Assembly (NCBI GenBank): GCA_964291215.2
Contig: OZ219791.1
Location: 3,456,001-3,520,000, forward strand
Direction: 5' to 3'
Source: Alphaproteobacteria bacterium
Lineage (GTDB): Bacteria > Pseudomonadota > Alphaproteobacteria > MPNO01 > UBA830
Length of the DNA stretch: 64,000 bases
Below the pieces are notes generated by a model. The model was not told where the DNA came from, did not search any database, and was given only the letters and a program-made list of their open reading frames with translations. A program made the position numbers and the translations under genes. This document shows, piece by piece, positions 40,283 through 50,141 of this stretch. How positions within the stretch are numbered: the first letter of the stretch is position 1; each line of letters opens with the position of its first letter.

Positions 40283-42427
40283 GCTGGTACGTGTCCTGAG
40301 ATGTCCCGGCAGATGACCGATCACGACCAACCGGGATGCCTCGTCCCATGTGAAGTAAAGTCGGAAGCAGCGCCTCGGGTCGCGACCCCGGGCACGATTC
40401 TTCAGATGTCGGTCCATCGTCAGCCGTCGCCCGTTCCAATCGCGTTCATATGAATCGCGCGCCATTCCCATGGCAGATTCCGATGCCGATTGCGTGTCTT
40501 CGAGAAACAGTCGCTCGAGCGCAGCATCGTATTCCTTGCGCAAATCATGGGTGTCGTTGCTGCGTGTTCGCATCTTCCAGTACAATGTTCCGAGGAGTTC
40601 GACGCTCCTGTAGGCAAGTTCGACATCGCTGAATTGCGCCTCCTCCAGCGATCGCAACGCGCGCTGGTGAAGGCCGATACGACCGCTGAAATGCTGTGCC
40701 GTCCATCCCGGCAGACCGGCGTAGGAGACATCTTCCGGCAGCGGAACAGTCATATCGCCGGCGATGGAAACGCCTTTTTCCTTCGCCGCTTCAGCTCCGG
40801 TCCTGTCGAGGAGCTCTGTTAGCCGGTAGATTTCGGTCTTGGCCTTCGAAAGCTCATCATCAAGATGTCGCCGATCGTTCTCTGCGGCTTCCTGGGTGCG
40901 CTCGAGCTCCTCCTTGACGTGGGCGAGTTGTTCGCTGGTTTCCAGATGTCGCTTCCTCTCGTTTTCGAGCAGTTCGGCTTCCGGAAGGGCGGAATCATCG
41001 TCTCCGGGCCTATCCTTTCTCTTCGGGAACGAGGATTCGCCGAGTTCCCGGTGTCCGAACCAGAAGGCGGTCCTTTGCAGAAGCCGGTCTCTGTGGGGCA
41101 GCCACTCGCCGGTCCCGTCGCGGAGACCGAGGACGATTATTTCAATGGTATCGAGTGCGTCGAACAGCGAACCCACGGATACACGCTCCTGGGCGGCAGC
41201 TATTGCGGCCGTCAAAGTGTTGAAATTCTCGGGTGTATCCTCCACCGCGAAGGCTTGGGCAGCAGCCTTGGCGGTGGTCTGATTTTCGTGCGCACGCTTC
41301 GAAACGCTGCGGAAGGCAGCGATCTGTTCACGGCATCGCTCCCATTCCGGGTCGGGAAAATACAGCGGCGGTGCTTGCTCGAGACCAAGCGCGTCGAGGC
41401 GGGCACACAACTTGGCTTCCTCGTCGATTGTCCCGTTCTGCACCAGATCCGCGATCTCGGACGCGAGCAGCTGGTGCAGTTCCGAGGTGCGCCCGGCTGC
41501 AAGAACGTGTGTCGTGAGGTCGCGAAGGGCATCTGTGGAGAGGAACAGATCCTCCATTTGCAAATATCCGTCGAACGAGTCGCGCTCGAACGCGGTCCGC
41601 GCATCGTCGAGTTTCAGGAACAGCGTCTTGGTTTCCCGGAACAATGAAACGGCCTTTTGCTCCATTCGGTCCGCTAGTTTTTGCGCTTCTTCCATGACGG
41701 TGGAAAGTACCGGTTCCGTCGGGGTGTCCAGCAGCTTGCAGAACAGGTGCTGGTAGGGCCATACGTTGTTGCTGCAATCGACCGTTCTTACCCAGAGGCG
41801 GACGCGCTCGTCTATTTCCGGATCGTCGCCCCAATGGAATGACGCCAGACAGAAGAAATTCATGATCCAGCACAGTTCCGACTTCTCCGGGCCGTCCGTT
41901 TCGTCGATAAGGGACTGCATACTTTCGAAGAGGTTGTCCTTGTCGTAAGAATCGTAGTCCCCGTCGGACGGGTTCAGGATCCCGCCTTCAGTCTCTCGGC
42001 ATCGCGCCATGGCTTCGGTCAGGTTGCTCCAGAGCATGCATTTCTTGCAGAGTTTCCTGCTTGGCAGAGGTTTTTTCGAATTGTCGGCCCTTGTGATCGA
42101 ATAGCTTTTCCTTCCAAGGACAATGGCTTCGATCATCAGGCTGAGGTCGAGGAACAGATAGGGCCAGTCTTGCGCCAGCCTGTGAATTTCGATGAAGAAC
42201 TGTTCCGGGCTTCGGTCCAGCCGTCCGGTCGGCCAGTCAGCGTAATGATCGGCCAGAACTTTCGAGAGACGACGGATATCCCCGGGGGTTAGGCTGTACT
42301 GCTTCCCGAGCCATTCGGGCGTCACGAACTCCGGCAGGGGAATTTTGGGCAGGCCCGGTGCCGGGGCATCCTTGAGGTGTGGTCGGATCGGCGAATCTGC
42401 CGGAGCAGCGTCGTGGACAGCGGTCAT
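40280..42427 (-). CDS. Large hypothetical protein: helical/coiled-coil region plus conserved-looking C-terminal domain
   Basis: Intact 715-aa ORF; coiled coil near residues 485-550; C-terminus RHLK..RDPRRCFRLYFTWD..VVIGHLPGHL. Confidence 0.85.
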   Translation of the reverse strand: MTAVHDAAPADSPIRPHLKDAPAPGLPKIPLPEFVTPEWLGKQYSLTPGDIRRLSKVLADHYADWPTGRLDRSPEQFFIEIHRLAQDWPYLFLDLSLMIEAIVLGRKSYSITRADNSKKPLPSRKLCKKCMLWSNLTEAMARCRETEGGILNPSDGDYDSYDKDNLFESMQSLIDETDGPEKSELCWIMNFFCLASFHWGDDPEIDERVRLWVRTVDCSNNVWPYQHLFCKLLDTPTEPVLSTVMEEAQKLADRMEQKAVSLFRETKTLFLKLDDARTAFERDSFDGYLQMEDLFLSTDALRDLTTHVLAAGRTSELHQLLASEIADLVQNGTIDEEAKLCARLDALGLEQAPPLYFPDPEWERCREQIAAFRSVSKRAHENQTTAKAAAQAFAVEDTPENFNTLTAAIAAAQERVSVGSLFDALDTIEIIVLGLRDGTGEWLPHRDRLLQRTAFWFGHRELGESSFPKRKDRPGDDDSALPEAELLENERKRHLETSEQLAHVKEELERTQEAAENDRRHLDDELSKAKTEIYRLTELLDRTGAEAAKEKGVSIAGDMTVPLPEDVSYAGLPGWTAQHFSGRIGLHQRALRSLEEAQFSDVELAYRSVELLGTLYWKMRTRSNDTHDLRKEYDAALERLFLEDTQSASESAMGMARDSYERDWNGRRLTMDRHLKNRARGRDPRRCFRLYFTWDEASRLVVIGHLPGHLRTRTS

Positions 42428-42880
42428 TTCTCAGGATCTTCCATTTTGTGACTGGATTAAATCTAGCCTCGATTCCGGATCAATGAAACAGACATGCGAC
42501 TATCCCGGCCATTGTCACCGGGGGCGTGCGCGGCGGGCATACGTGCGCAATTACATCGGCCAATGTGAGCGGATTCGACCACCAACCCATCGATTTTCCT
42601 GCGCACGCTCAGCATGAAAAAAGTCGCTGCATTCCGGTACGAAGACAACGCCAGCCTCCGATCAAATCCTGAACGGGCCTTCCGGAACTATGTGAAATTC
42701 AACACCGGGTCATAGCGATGCAAACGACGGTTTCGGCGCCCGAGGCGGCACCATGTTATCCGAGCTTGCGCAACGGTTTGTCCCCGTCCTGGCAATGCTG
42801 CCGTCAGCGCCGCACATCGGAAGCCCGCCAATCCGGCCCCGGTCTTGCGAAGCGGATCGATCTGGTATCAACTGCCTTCC

Positions 42881-44119
42881 ATGACCGGCCCGCAACATCT
42901 TCGCATCGACCAGGATAGACTGCTTGAGGATCTGCGCACCCTCGCGGGATTCGGCAAGCTGACCACAGGCGTTGCCCGTGTGGCCTATTCGGATGCCGAC
43001 ACCGAGGCACGCGCCTGGTTGCGGGAGCGCATGTGTCGGGCGGGGCTAGAAACTATGATTGACGGCGTCGGCAATGTCTTTGGGCGAACGCCGGGCGGCC
43101 GGCGCGCCATAGTCATCGGATCGCATACGGATTCGGTCCCCGTGGGCGGCTGGCTCGACGGCGCGCTTGGCGTGGTCTACGGGCTTGAGATCGCGCGAAG
43201 CGTCGTGGAGAGGGGCCTCCAGGACCGGATTGCGGTGGAAGCTGTTTCCTTCATGGATGAAGAGGGCGCGTATCTGCCTTGCGTCGGTAGCCTGAGCTTT
43301 TGCGGAGAGATCGGTGCAGACGGTATCGCGGCCGGCCGCAGTGTTGACGGCGAAAGCCTGGGCGATGCCATCGCGCGCTGCGGCTACGCGGACAACCGTG
43401 CCGTCCACGCCGATCCGGTCCGCCATCTTGCCTATCTGGAAGCGCATATCGAGCAGGGGCCGCGGCTAGAGGCGGCCCGGTTTACCATAGGCGTGGTGAC
43501 GGGAATCGTGGGCATCCGGCGTTTCCGCATCGAGGTGACCGGCGAGGCCGACCACGCGGGAACGGTGCCGATGACGATGCGCAAGGACGCGGGCCATGCC
43601 GCAGTACTTTGCGCCGCGGCGCTCTACAGGGAGATACCGGAAGCCGCCGGCGACGACAGCGTCTGGAACATCGGTTCGATTCGTTTCGAGCCGGGGGCCG
43701 ACAATGTCGTGCCGGCCAGGGCCGTGATGGTCCTGGAGATGCGGGACCTGTCTGCCGATGTGCTCGACAGGATGGAGAGCGCTATGTCAAACTGCCTCGC
43801 TGTGACCGCGGACCAGACCGGCCGTCCGTGCGAGGCGACCCGGACCTTGGACGTGGCGCCGACTGCGATGGATCACGGTCTCATGCGGCATCTCGAAGAG
43901 AGCGCCTCCACTTTCGGAATCGCCAGCATGCAGATGTCGTCCGGCGCCGGGCACGACGCCATGATCGTGGCCCGACGCCTGCCCGCGGCCATGCTCTTCA
44001 TCCCGAGCATCCGCGGCAAGAGCCACTGCGAGGCCGAGAACACGGATGATGCGGACATCCTGGCCGGATGCCGGGTTCTTGCTTCGGCCGTCGAAAGGAT
44101 TTCGGCTGCGGCCGTCTGA
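42881..44119 (+). CDS. M20-family Zn hydrolase (N-carbamoyl-amino acid / allantoate amidohydrolase type)
   Basis: GSHTDSV, DGALGV, DEEG, EAHIEQGP, HAGT, SGAGHDA. Confidence 0.92.
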   Translation: MTGPQHLRIDQDRLLEDLRTLAGFGKLTTGVARVAYSDADTEARAWLRERMCRAGLETMIDGVGNVFGRTPGGRRAIVIGSHTDSVPVGGWLDGALGVVYGLEIARSVVERGLQDRIAVEAVSFMDEEGAYLPCVGSLSFCGEIGADGIAAGRSVDGESLGDAIARCGYADNRAVHADPVRHLAYLEAHIEQGPRLEAARFTIGVVTGIVGIRRFRIEVTGEADHAGTVPMTMRKDAGHAAVLCAAALYREIPEAAGDDSVWNIGSIRFEPGADNVVPARAVMVLEMRDLSADVLDRMESAMSNCLAVTADQTGRPCEATRTLDVAPTAMDHGLMRHLEESASTFGIASMQMSSGAGHDAMIVARRLPAAMLFIPSIRGKSHCEAENTDDADILAGCRVLASAVERISAAAV

Positions 44120-44214
44120 GTGCCGACCCTGCCGGGGACCGGAAAGGCGCTGCCGTGGGATTGTTGCTGCGGTCGCCAACGCCACGGGGCCTTCGGGCCT
44201 GACGACTCCGGATG

Positions 44215-44928
44215 TCAGAGCCTTCCCAACCTTCCCAACCCGTGAAGCGCGTCGGTCACGCTCGCTCTGCGCAGCGCCGTTCTCAAGATCGCCTGATTCG
44301 AGGATACCACCGGAACGCCGAGCCCGTGCTCGAGGGAGTCGAGAACTGCGAATGTCGGCAGGTCGGTCGCGAGCAGGACAAGGGCTTCCGTGTCTGCGGT
44401 CCTGAGCCTCCCGACGAACTCGGAAAGCCTCCGTCCGTCGACTTCGGGGACCTCGCGCATGGCGTTGATGTCCAGCGTTGCGTCGTCGATGACGTCGAGC
44501 CCGCGCGCTGCGAAGAATGGCGGAGCGAGCGCATGAATGGCGGACGGGTACGGGGTGCCGAGAGCAATGCGCGAGACGCCGAGGATGGCAAGCGAGGCCT
44601 CCATGGCAGTCCAGGCGGAGATGCACGGCACTCCGGCCCGGGCAGCAATTTCGGCGGTACGGGATTCGTTCCACTGCGGCGCCATTATGAAACTCGTCAC
44701 CATGTCGGCATAGACAATGATATCGACGCCGGTTGCCATGAGTTCCTCGACTGCCCTGTCGACCGATCCCTCCATCCGCTGCACCGCTTCGGGTGTCAGG
44801 TCGCCACGCGCTAGGATGCGCGTGGCATGGAGCGAGACACCGTCCGGCGCATGCCGCCACAATTCGGGCTCGATCACGGAATTGTTCGCCGGAACGATAA
44901 GGCCGATCCGGCCTCGGGAACCGTACAC
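44215..44928 (-). CDS. Asp/Glu racemase / maleate isomerase superfamily protein lacking the catalytic Cys pair
   Basis: RGRIGLIVPANNSVIEPE, GTPY, GVPVVSSNQA; YADMVTS and LATDL at the usual Cys positions. Confidence 0.85.
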   Translation of the reverse strand: MYGSRGRIGLIVPANNSVIEPELWRHAPDGVSLHATRILARGDLTPEAVQRMEGSVDRAVEELMATGVDIIVYADMVTSFIMAPQWNESRTAEIAARAGVPCISAWTAMEASLAILGVSRIALGTPYPSAIHALAPPFFAARGLDVIDDATLDINAMREVPEVDGRRLSEFVGRLRTADTEALVLLATDLPTFAVLDSLEHGLGVPVVSSNQAILRTALRRASVTDALHGLGRLGRL

Positions 44929-44930
44929 TC

Positions 44931-46316
44931 TCAGCTCCCCTGGCTCGGCGTGACACGCTTGAGAAAGACGCCTGCAGGCGGGCCGCTTGCCAGTTTGCCA
45001 TCCTTGGCAATTACCCGGCCTCGGAGCGCGGTCATCACGGGCCATCCCGTCAGCGTCATCCCCTCGAACGGCGAGCGCCCGGCACGCGAGCGGATGTCTG
45101 TCCGTGACACCGTGCGCCGGAGTTCCGGATCCAGCAGGACGAGGTCGCCGTCGGCGCCGTGCCGGATGCTGCCCTTCCTGCCGGCTAGGCCGAACAGGGC
45201 GGCGGGGGTCGCGGAGAGAAGACGCGCGACATCGGGCCACGAGATCAGCCCGCGTGCCGCGAGATCGGCGACCGCCGGGACCAGCGTGTCCAGGCCGGGG
45301 ATCCCGGCGGGAACCGACCAGCAGTCGGCGCCGGCCTTCTCCTCCTGAGTATGCGGTGCATGGTCCGAGGCTACGAAGTCCACGGTGCCGTCCACCAGTG
45401 CCTGAACCGCGGCATCGCAGTCGCTCCGGCTTCGCAGGGGCGGAATTACCTGGGCAATACCGTGGAAGCGTTCGACAAGCGAGCTGTCGAGATGCAGGTG
45501 ATGCGGGGTTACTTCGACGAAGATTCGTGCCTTGCGCTTCGACGCCTTTGCAGCGCGGGCAAGCTCGAAGCCACCTGCCGTCGACACCTGCCGGAGCACG
45601 ATACGCGCCCCGTACTTCCGGCTGGCTGCTATCGCGGTCCTGATTCCCCTTTCCTCGGCCTTCGGCGATCGCGCCTCGGCAAAGCTGTGGAAATCCGCGC
45701 GCCCGTGCGCGCGGAGGGTCATGATGGTGGTCTCGAGACGGGATCGGTCACCCGTGTAGACGCCCAGCACGCCGCCACCTGCAGCCGTCCCTTCGGCCGC
45801 CACATGGAGCTCGTTCCTGTCGAGGCAGTCGTCGTCCGGAGCATCGGACATCACCCCCTCGAGGCTTGCGACCCCGGCCTCCTCGAGGCCTCGCCGTTCC
45901 TCCCTGTTCGCGTGCGTGACCGCGCCCTGAAGCATGAAGTCGACATGGCTCGACAACTCCCCGGCCTCGCGTGCCACGTTGAAGCCGTTGATCGACGTGA
46001 CCGGCGGGTCGGTGTTGGGCATGCACATGACCGTCGTGATCCCGCCGCAGGCCGCGGCCCTGGAACCGGATTCGAAGTCCTCCTTGTGAGGAAAGCCAGG
46101 ATCGCGCATATGCACGTGTGCGTCGATGAAGCCGGGGAACAGGAGCCCGTTTTCGGCATCGATCACGGATTCGGCCGCAACCGGCGACGTGCCGGCTCCC
46201 ATCATGTCCGTGATCCGGCCATCCGGGCCGACGACGACCCCACCGCGTCGCATCTTGCGGCCGGAAACCAGCCGTGCGTTGTGAATGCAGAGGAGGTTCT
46301 TTGCCAATCTCGCCAA
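44931..46316 (-). CDS. Dihydroorotase/allantoinase-family protein with degenerate second metal site
   Basis: PGFIDAHVHMRDPG, MPNT, EVTPHHL, PPLR, ASDHAPH; TTG start approximate. Confidence 0.88.
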   Translation of the reverse strand: MARLAKNLLCIHNARLVSGRKMRRGGVVVGPDGRITDMMGAGTSPVAAESVIDAENGLLFPGFIDAHVHMRDPGFPHKEDFESGSRAAACGGITTVMCMPNTDPPVTSINGFNVAREAGELSSHVDFMLQGAVTHANREERRGLEEAGVASLEGVMSDAPDDDCLDRNELHVAAEGTAAGGGVLGVYTGDRSRLETTIMTLRAHGRADFHSFAEARSPKAEERGIRTAIAASRKYGARIVLRQVSTAGGFELARAAKASKRKARIFVEVTPHHLHLDSSLVERFHGIAQVIPPLRSRSDCDAAVQALVDGTVDFVASDHAPHTQEEKAGADCWSVPAGIPGLDTLVPAVADLAARGLISWPDVARLLSATPAALFGLAGRKGSIRHGADGDLVLLDPELRRTVSRTDIRSRAGRSPFEGMTLTGWPVMTALRGRVIAKDGKLASGPPAGVFLKRVTPSQGS

Positions 46317-46386
46317 TCTCCTTCCAAGACTATATCATCACCGTACGGCCGCGACGACGCGTCCAGGCCGCCGGGGGGAACGCCAC

Positions 46387-47394
46387 ATGAGACTTCGCAT
46401 ACTGGGCGAGGCCGATGTCAGGAGCCTCATCGACATGGGACAGGCGATCGAGATCCAGGCAAAGGCCTTCGCCCATCTCTCCGACGGTAGCGTCGTGTCG
46501 GGGCTGCGGAGCTTTGCGAAATCAGAGGCCCCTCCAGGCGTGGCTATATTCAACCCCTCGGTGCTCCGGAACGGCAGGGGGTACGGGATCAAGGTGGTGT
46601 CCGATTTCGAGGCAAACGACGCCCGCGGCCTGACGCGGCTGTCGGCACTCGTCGCGCTGTTCGATGGTGAGACCGGGCACCCGCGCACCGTCATGGAGGG
46701 CGGCTACCTTACCGACATGCGGACCGGTGGTAGCACCGGTCTGGCGGCACGCCATTTTGCGCGTGCCGACAGCCGGGTGCTTGCGCTCATCGGCGCGGGC
46801 CGCGTTGCACGCTATCAGGTGATGGCTTTGGCCAAGGTGCTTCCCATCGACCGGGTGCTGGTGGCGACGCGAACAAGGGCGCGCGCGGTTGGGCTCGTCG
46901 ACAGACTGCTCGGGGACAATGGCTGGTCGGACGATCAGGTCGCGATCGTCGACAGCGCCGAAGAGGCGGTTGCCGCGGCCGATGTCGTGGTCACGGCAAC
47001 GACGTCTGCGGAGCCGACATTCCCGGGCTCCGCGCTTCGCCCGGGCACTTTCGTCGCCGCTGTCGGCGCCCATTCGGCGGATGCGCGGGAAGTCGACAGC
47101 GAAACCGTCATGCGATCCGCGGTCCGGGTGATCGATAGCCGCAACGACTGTCTCGACAACGCCGGGGATCTCATGATTCCGATAACTGAAGGCATCATCG
47201 ACCGCGATTCGGTGCTTGAGCTTGGTGATATCGTGGCAGGCAGGGCGTGTGGCCGGCAGGGCAGCGACGAGATCACTTTTTTCAAGTCGGTCGGCGTGCC
47301 GATCCAGGATCTCGTGACCGCGCTGGCCATCGAGGAACGGGCGATCGAGGCGAATATCGGCGCGGTGCTCGATATCGGCGGTGAGTATCCGTGA
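46387..47394 (+). CDS. Ornithine cyclodeaminase / mu-crystallin family protein
   Basis: GIKVVS, LTDMRTG, IGAGRVA, ATTS, FKSVGVPIQD. Confidence 0.92.
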   Translation: MRLRILGEADVRSLIDMGQAIEIQAKAFAHLSDGSVVSGLRSFAKSEAPPGVAIFNPSVLRNGRGYGIKVVSDFEANDARGLTRLSALVALFDGETGHPRTVMEGGYLTDMRTGGSTGLAARHFARADSRVLALIGAGRVARYQVMALAKVLPIDRVLVATRTRARAVGLVDRLLGDNGWSDDQVAIVDSAEEAVAAADVVVTATTSAEPTFPGSALRPGTFVAAVGAHSADAREVDSETVMRSAVRVIDSRNDCLDNAGDLMIPITEGIIDRDSVLELGDIVAGRACGRQGSDEITFFKSVGVPIQDLVTALAIEERAIEANIGAVLDIGGEYP

Positions 47395-47464
47395 TCGCCG
47401 GTGGATCGGACAGTGTGAAGGGAAAGGCGCCCGCGGCCATGCGGGATGCCGGAGGCAGAGGATA

Positions 47465-48259
47465 ATGCTGGAGGATTTCGGCCTCGACGGCAGGGTTGCC
47501 GTGATTACCGGCCCGGCCAAGGGCATGGGCGCGGAGGTCACGTTCACCATCGCTCGCGCCGGCGCCGATGTGGTGCTTGCCGGCCGCGACCTTGCACCGA
47601 TCCACGATGTCGCGAGGGAGGTGCGCAAGTTGGGCCGGCGGGCGGAGGTGGTGGAGTGCGACGTGACCTCTGCGGCATCGGTCGAATCCCTTCGTGATGC
47701 CGGCCTCGGGCGCTTTGACGGGCGCGTCGATATACTGATCAACATTGCCGGCGGTACCGGGCCCATCGAAACCACGTCATGGGAAACGACTCCGGAAGAG
47801 TTCGACGAGATCGTCAAGCTCAACATGAAGGGATGTTTCCTGACGATGCGGACCCTCCTGCCGACGATGATTGAACGGCGATACGGCAAGATCGTGAATG
47901 TCGGCGGCACGTTTGGCCTTCGTGGTCGGGCGCTGCGGATGGCCTACAGCGCGTCGAAATGGGGGCTCCGCGGCATCACCAGGAGCACGGCGCTTGAAGT
48001 CGGGGAATACGGAATAAACGTCAACTGCGTATGCCCGGGCATGGTGGACGGCCCGCGCTTCAGGCGCGTATGTGACGAGAACGCGCGGCGGCTCGGCATC
48101 ACGCCGGAAGAGGCGCGCAGGAGCCATGCCGAGGAGTACGCGCTGAAGCGCGTATCCACTGACCGCGATGTCGCCAACGCAATTCTGTTCCTCGCCAGCG
48201 ACGCCTCGCGGAACATCACCGGACAGGATCTTGCCGTCGACGGCGGCTGGGTTGTCTGA
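47465..48259 (+). CDS. Short-chain dehydrogenase/reductase
   Basis: TGPAKGMG, YSASK, NCVCPG, ITGQDLAVDGG. Confidence 0.92.
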   Translation: MLEDFGLDGRVAVITGPAKGMGAEVTFTIARAGADVVLAGRDLAPIHDVAREVRKLGRRAEVVECDVTSAASVESLRDAGLGRFDGRVDILINIAGGTGPIETTSWETTPEEFDEIVKLNMKGCFLTMRTLLPTMIERRYGKIVNVGGTFGLRGRALRMAYSASKWGLRGITRSTALEVGEYGINVNCVCPGMVDGPRFRRVCDENARRLGITPEEARRSHAEEYALKRVSTDRDVANAILFLASDASRNITGQDLAVDGGWVV

Positions 48260-48296
48260 GCTCCGCAATGCGGACAATGGAATGGAGGGCGCAACA

Positions 48297-49712
48297 GTGA
48301 CGGTCGACACGGTCATCCGCAACGGCAAGGTGGTCTCCTCGTCAAGCACCGTCAAAGCCGATGTCGCCATCGGCGGGGAAATCGTCGTTGCCGTGACGGC
48401 GCCGGGCGTGCTGCCGGAAGCGGCCACGGAGATCGATGCGTCGGGCTATCACGTCCTGCCCGGCGCAGTGGACAGCCATGTACATTTCCGGGAACCGGGC
48501 TACGAGCACAAGGAAGACTGGGAAACTGGCACCGCCGCCGCCGCCTGCGGCGGAACGACGACCGTGTTCGAGATGCCCAACACCGATCCGCCGACCGGAT
48601 CCGTCGAGGCGCTGCGGCTCAAGCAGGAACTCGCCGCGGCGCAGGCGCATGTGGATTACGGCATCTACGGGCTCCTCGACGAAAACAACATCGATGGCCT
48701 CGAGAGCCTGATCGAGGCCGGCGTTTCCGGATTCAAGTGCTTCATGGGCAATACCTTCGGCGACCTGCCGGCACCGTCGGACGGCGCCATGCTCGAAGGC
48801 TTCGAGATTCTTGCCCGGCACGGCTACCGTTGTACGGTTCACGCCGAGAACGCGTCGATCATGGCGCGCCGCCAGCAGCGGATGGAGGCTGCGGGACGTT
48901 CGGACGCGCTTGCCCATCTCGCGGCGCGGCCCGAGATCTGCGCCGTCGAGGCCGTGGGGCGGGCTGTGGCCTTCGCCGAGTGGACGGGTGCGCGGCTTCA
49001 CATCGCTCACAAGAGTTCTGCCGACGCGCTCTACATCCTGCGCGACGCCAAAGCGCGCGGCGTCGACGTGACCGTCGAGACTTGTCCTCAATATCTCCTG
49101 CTTGACACCCGGGATGTCGAGCGTCTCGGCGGCGTGCTGAGGGTCAACCCGCCGATTCGCGAGCCCGGACACGGCGAGGCGCTGTGGAGGGCCCTCCATG
49201 ACGGGGTGATCGACATGATCGCCACCGACCACGCACCGCATCAGCCGTACGAGAAGAGCGATTCCAATATCTGGCGGTGTGATTGCGGGTTCCCCGGCGT
49301 CGAGACCCAGATGCCGATCATGCTGACCCAAGTCAATGCGGGCCGGCTGGATATCAACCAGTATGTCCGCTGGTCGGCTGCGGCGCCGGCGCTCGCCTGG
49401 GGATGTTATCCGCGAAAAGGCGTCATCCAGCCCGGGTCCGACGCCGACATCGCGATCGTCGATATGGGGCGCGGCGGCATCATCGACCGCGAGGCGATTC
49501 ATTCGAAAAGCAAGCTGACGCCGTGGCACGGTTTCGAGGCGACGGCTACGATCGTGCGGACCCTGGTGCGTGGGCGCACGGTGGTGGAGAACGGCCGGCT
49601 GGTCGGGGAGCGGGGTTGGGGGCGGCCGGTCCCGCAGTTGATGCCGGAGCCGCGACCGCGCAACGAACACAAGACGATGGACGCCATCTCACGCAAGCCG
49701 CCAGGATTCTGA
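48297..49712 (+). CDS. Allantoinase/dihydroorotase-family cyclic amidohydrolase
   Basis: DSHVHFREPG, GFKCFM, VHAEN, HIAH, NPPIR, ATDHAPH: full binuclear ligand set. Confidence 0.92.
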   Translation: MTVDTVIRNGKVVSSSSTVKADVAIGGEIVVAVTAPGVLPEAATEIDASGYHVLPGAVDSHVHFREPGYEHKEDWETGTAAAACGGTTTVFEMPNTDPPTGSVEALRLKQELAAAQAHVDYGIYGLLDENNIDGLESLIEAGVSGFKCFMGNTFGDLPAPSDGAMLEGFEILARHGYRCTVHAENASIMARRQQRMEAAGRSDALAHLAARPEICAVEAVGRAVAFAEWTGARLHIAHKSSADALYILRDAKARGVDVTVETCPQYLLLDTRDVERLGGVLRVNPPIREPGHGEALWRALHDGVIDMIATDHAPHQPYEKSDSNIWRCDCGFPGVETQMPIMLTQVNAGRLDINQYVRWSAAAPALAWGCYPRKGVIQPGSDADIAIVDMGRGGIIDREAIHSKSKLTPWHGFEATATIVRTLVRGRTVVENGRLVGERGWGRPVPQLMPEPRPRNEHKTMDAISRKPPGF

Positions 49713-49727
49713 CGGGAGGACAGGGTG

Positions 49728-50141
49728 ATGAGCAAACTTGCAGTACGAGCGGGACCGTTCGAGTTCGACGCCCGCTTCGAGGAGCGGGCGCCGGACACCA
49801 TAGCGGCCTTCCGGGCCGCAATGCCGTTCTCGAGCAAGGTCATACATGTGCGCTGGAGTGGCGAGGGAGTCTGGATCCCTCTTGGCGACCTCGATTTCGG
49901 CGTCGGCTATGAGAACCACACCAGCTATCCGGCGCCGGGACAGATCATCCTCTATCCGGGCGGCATCAGCGAGACCGAAATTCTCCTTGCCTATGGCGGC
50001 GTCCATTTTGCCTGCAAGATGGGCCAGCTTGCTGGCAACCATTTCATCACCCTGACCTCGGGGCTGGAGAAGCTCGAGGAGTTGGGGCGCCTGACCCTGT
50101 GGAAGGGTGCCCAGGATGTGCTCTTCAAGGAGGTTTCATGA
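49728..50141 (+). CDS. DUF3830 family (cyclophilin-like fold) protein
   Basis: IHVRWSGEGVWIP, ENHTSYPAPGQIILYPGGISETEIL, GQLAGNHF. Confidence 0.88.
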   Translation: MSKLAVRAGPFEFDARFEERAPDTIAAFRAAMPFSSKVIHVRWSGEGVWIPLGDLDFGVGYENHTSYPAPGQIILYPGGISETEILLAYGGVHFACKMGQLAGNHFITLTSGLEKLEELGRLTLWKGAQDVLFKEVS

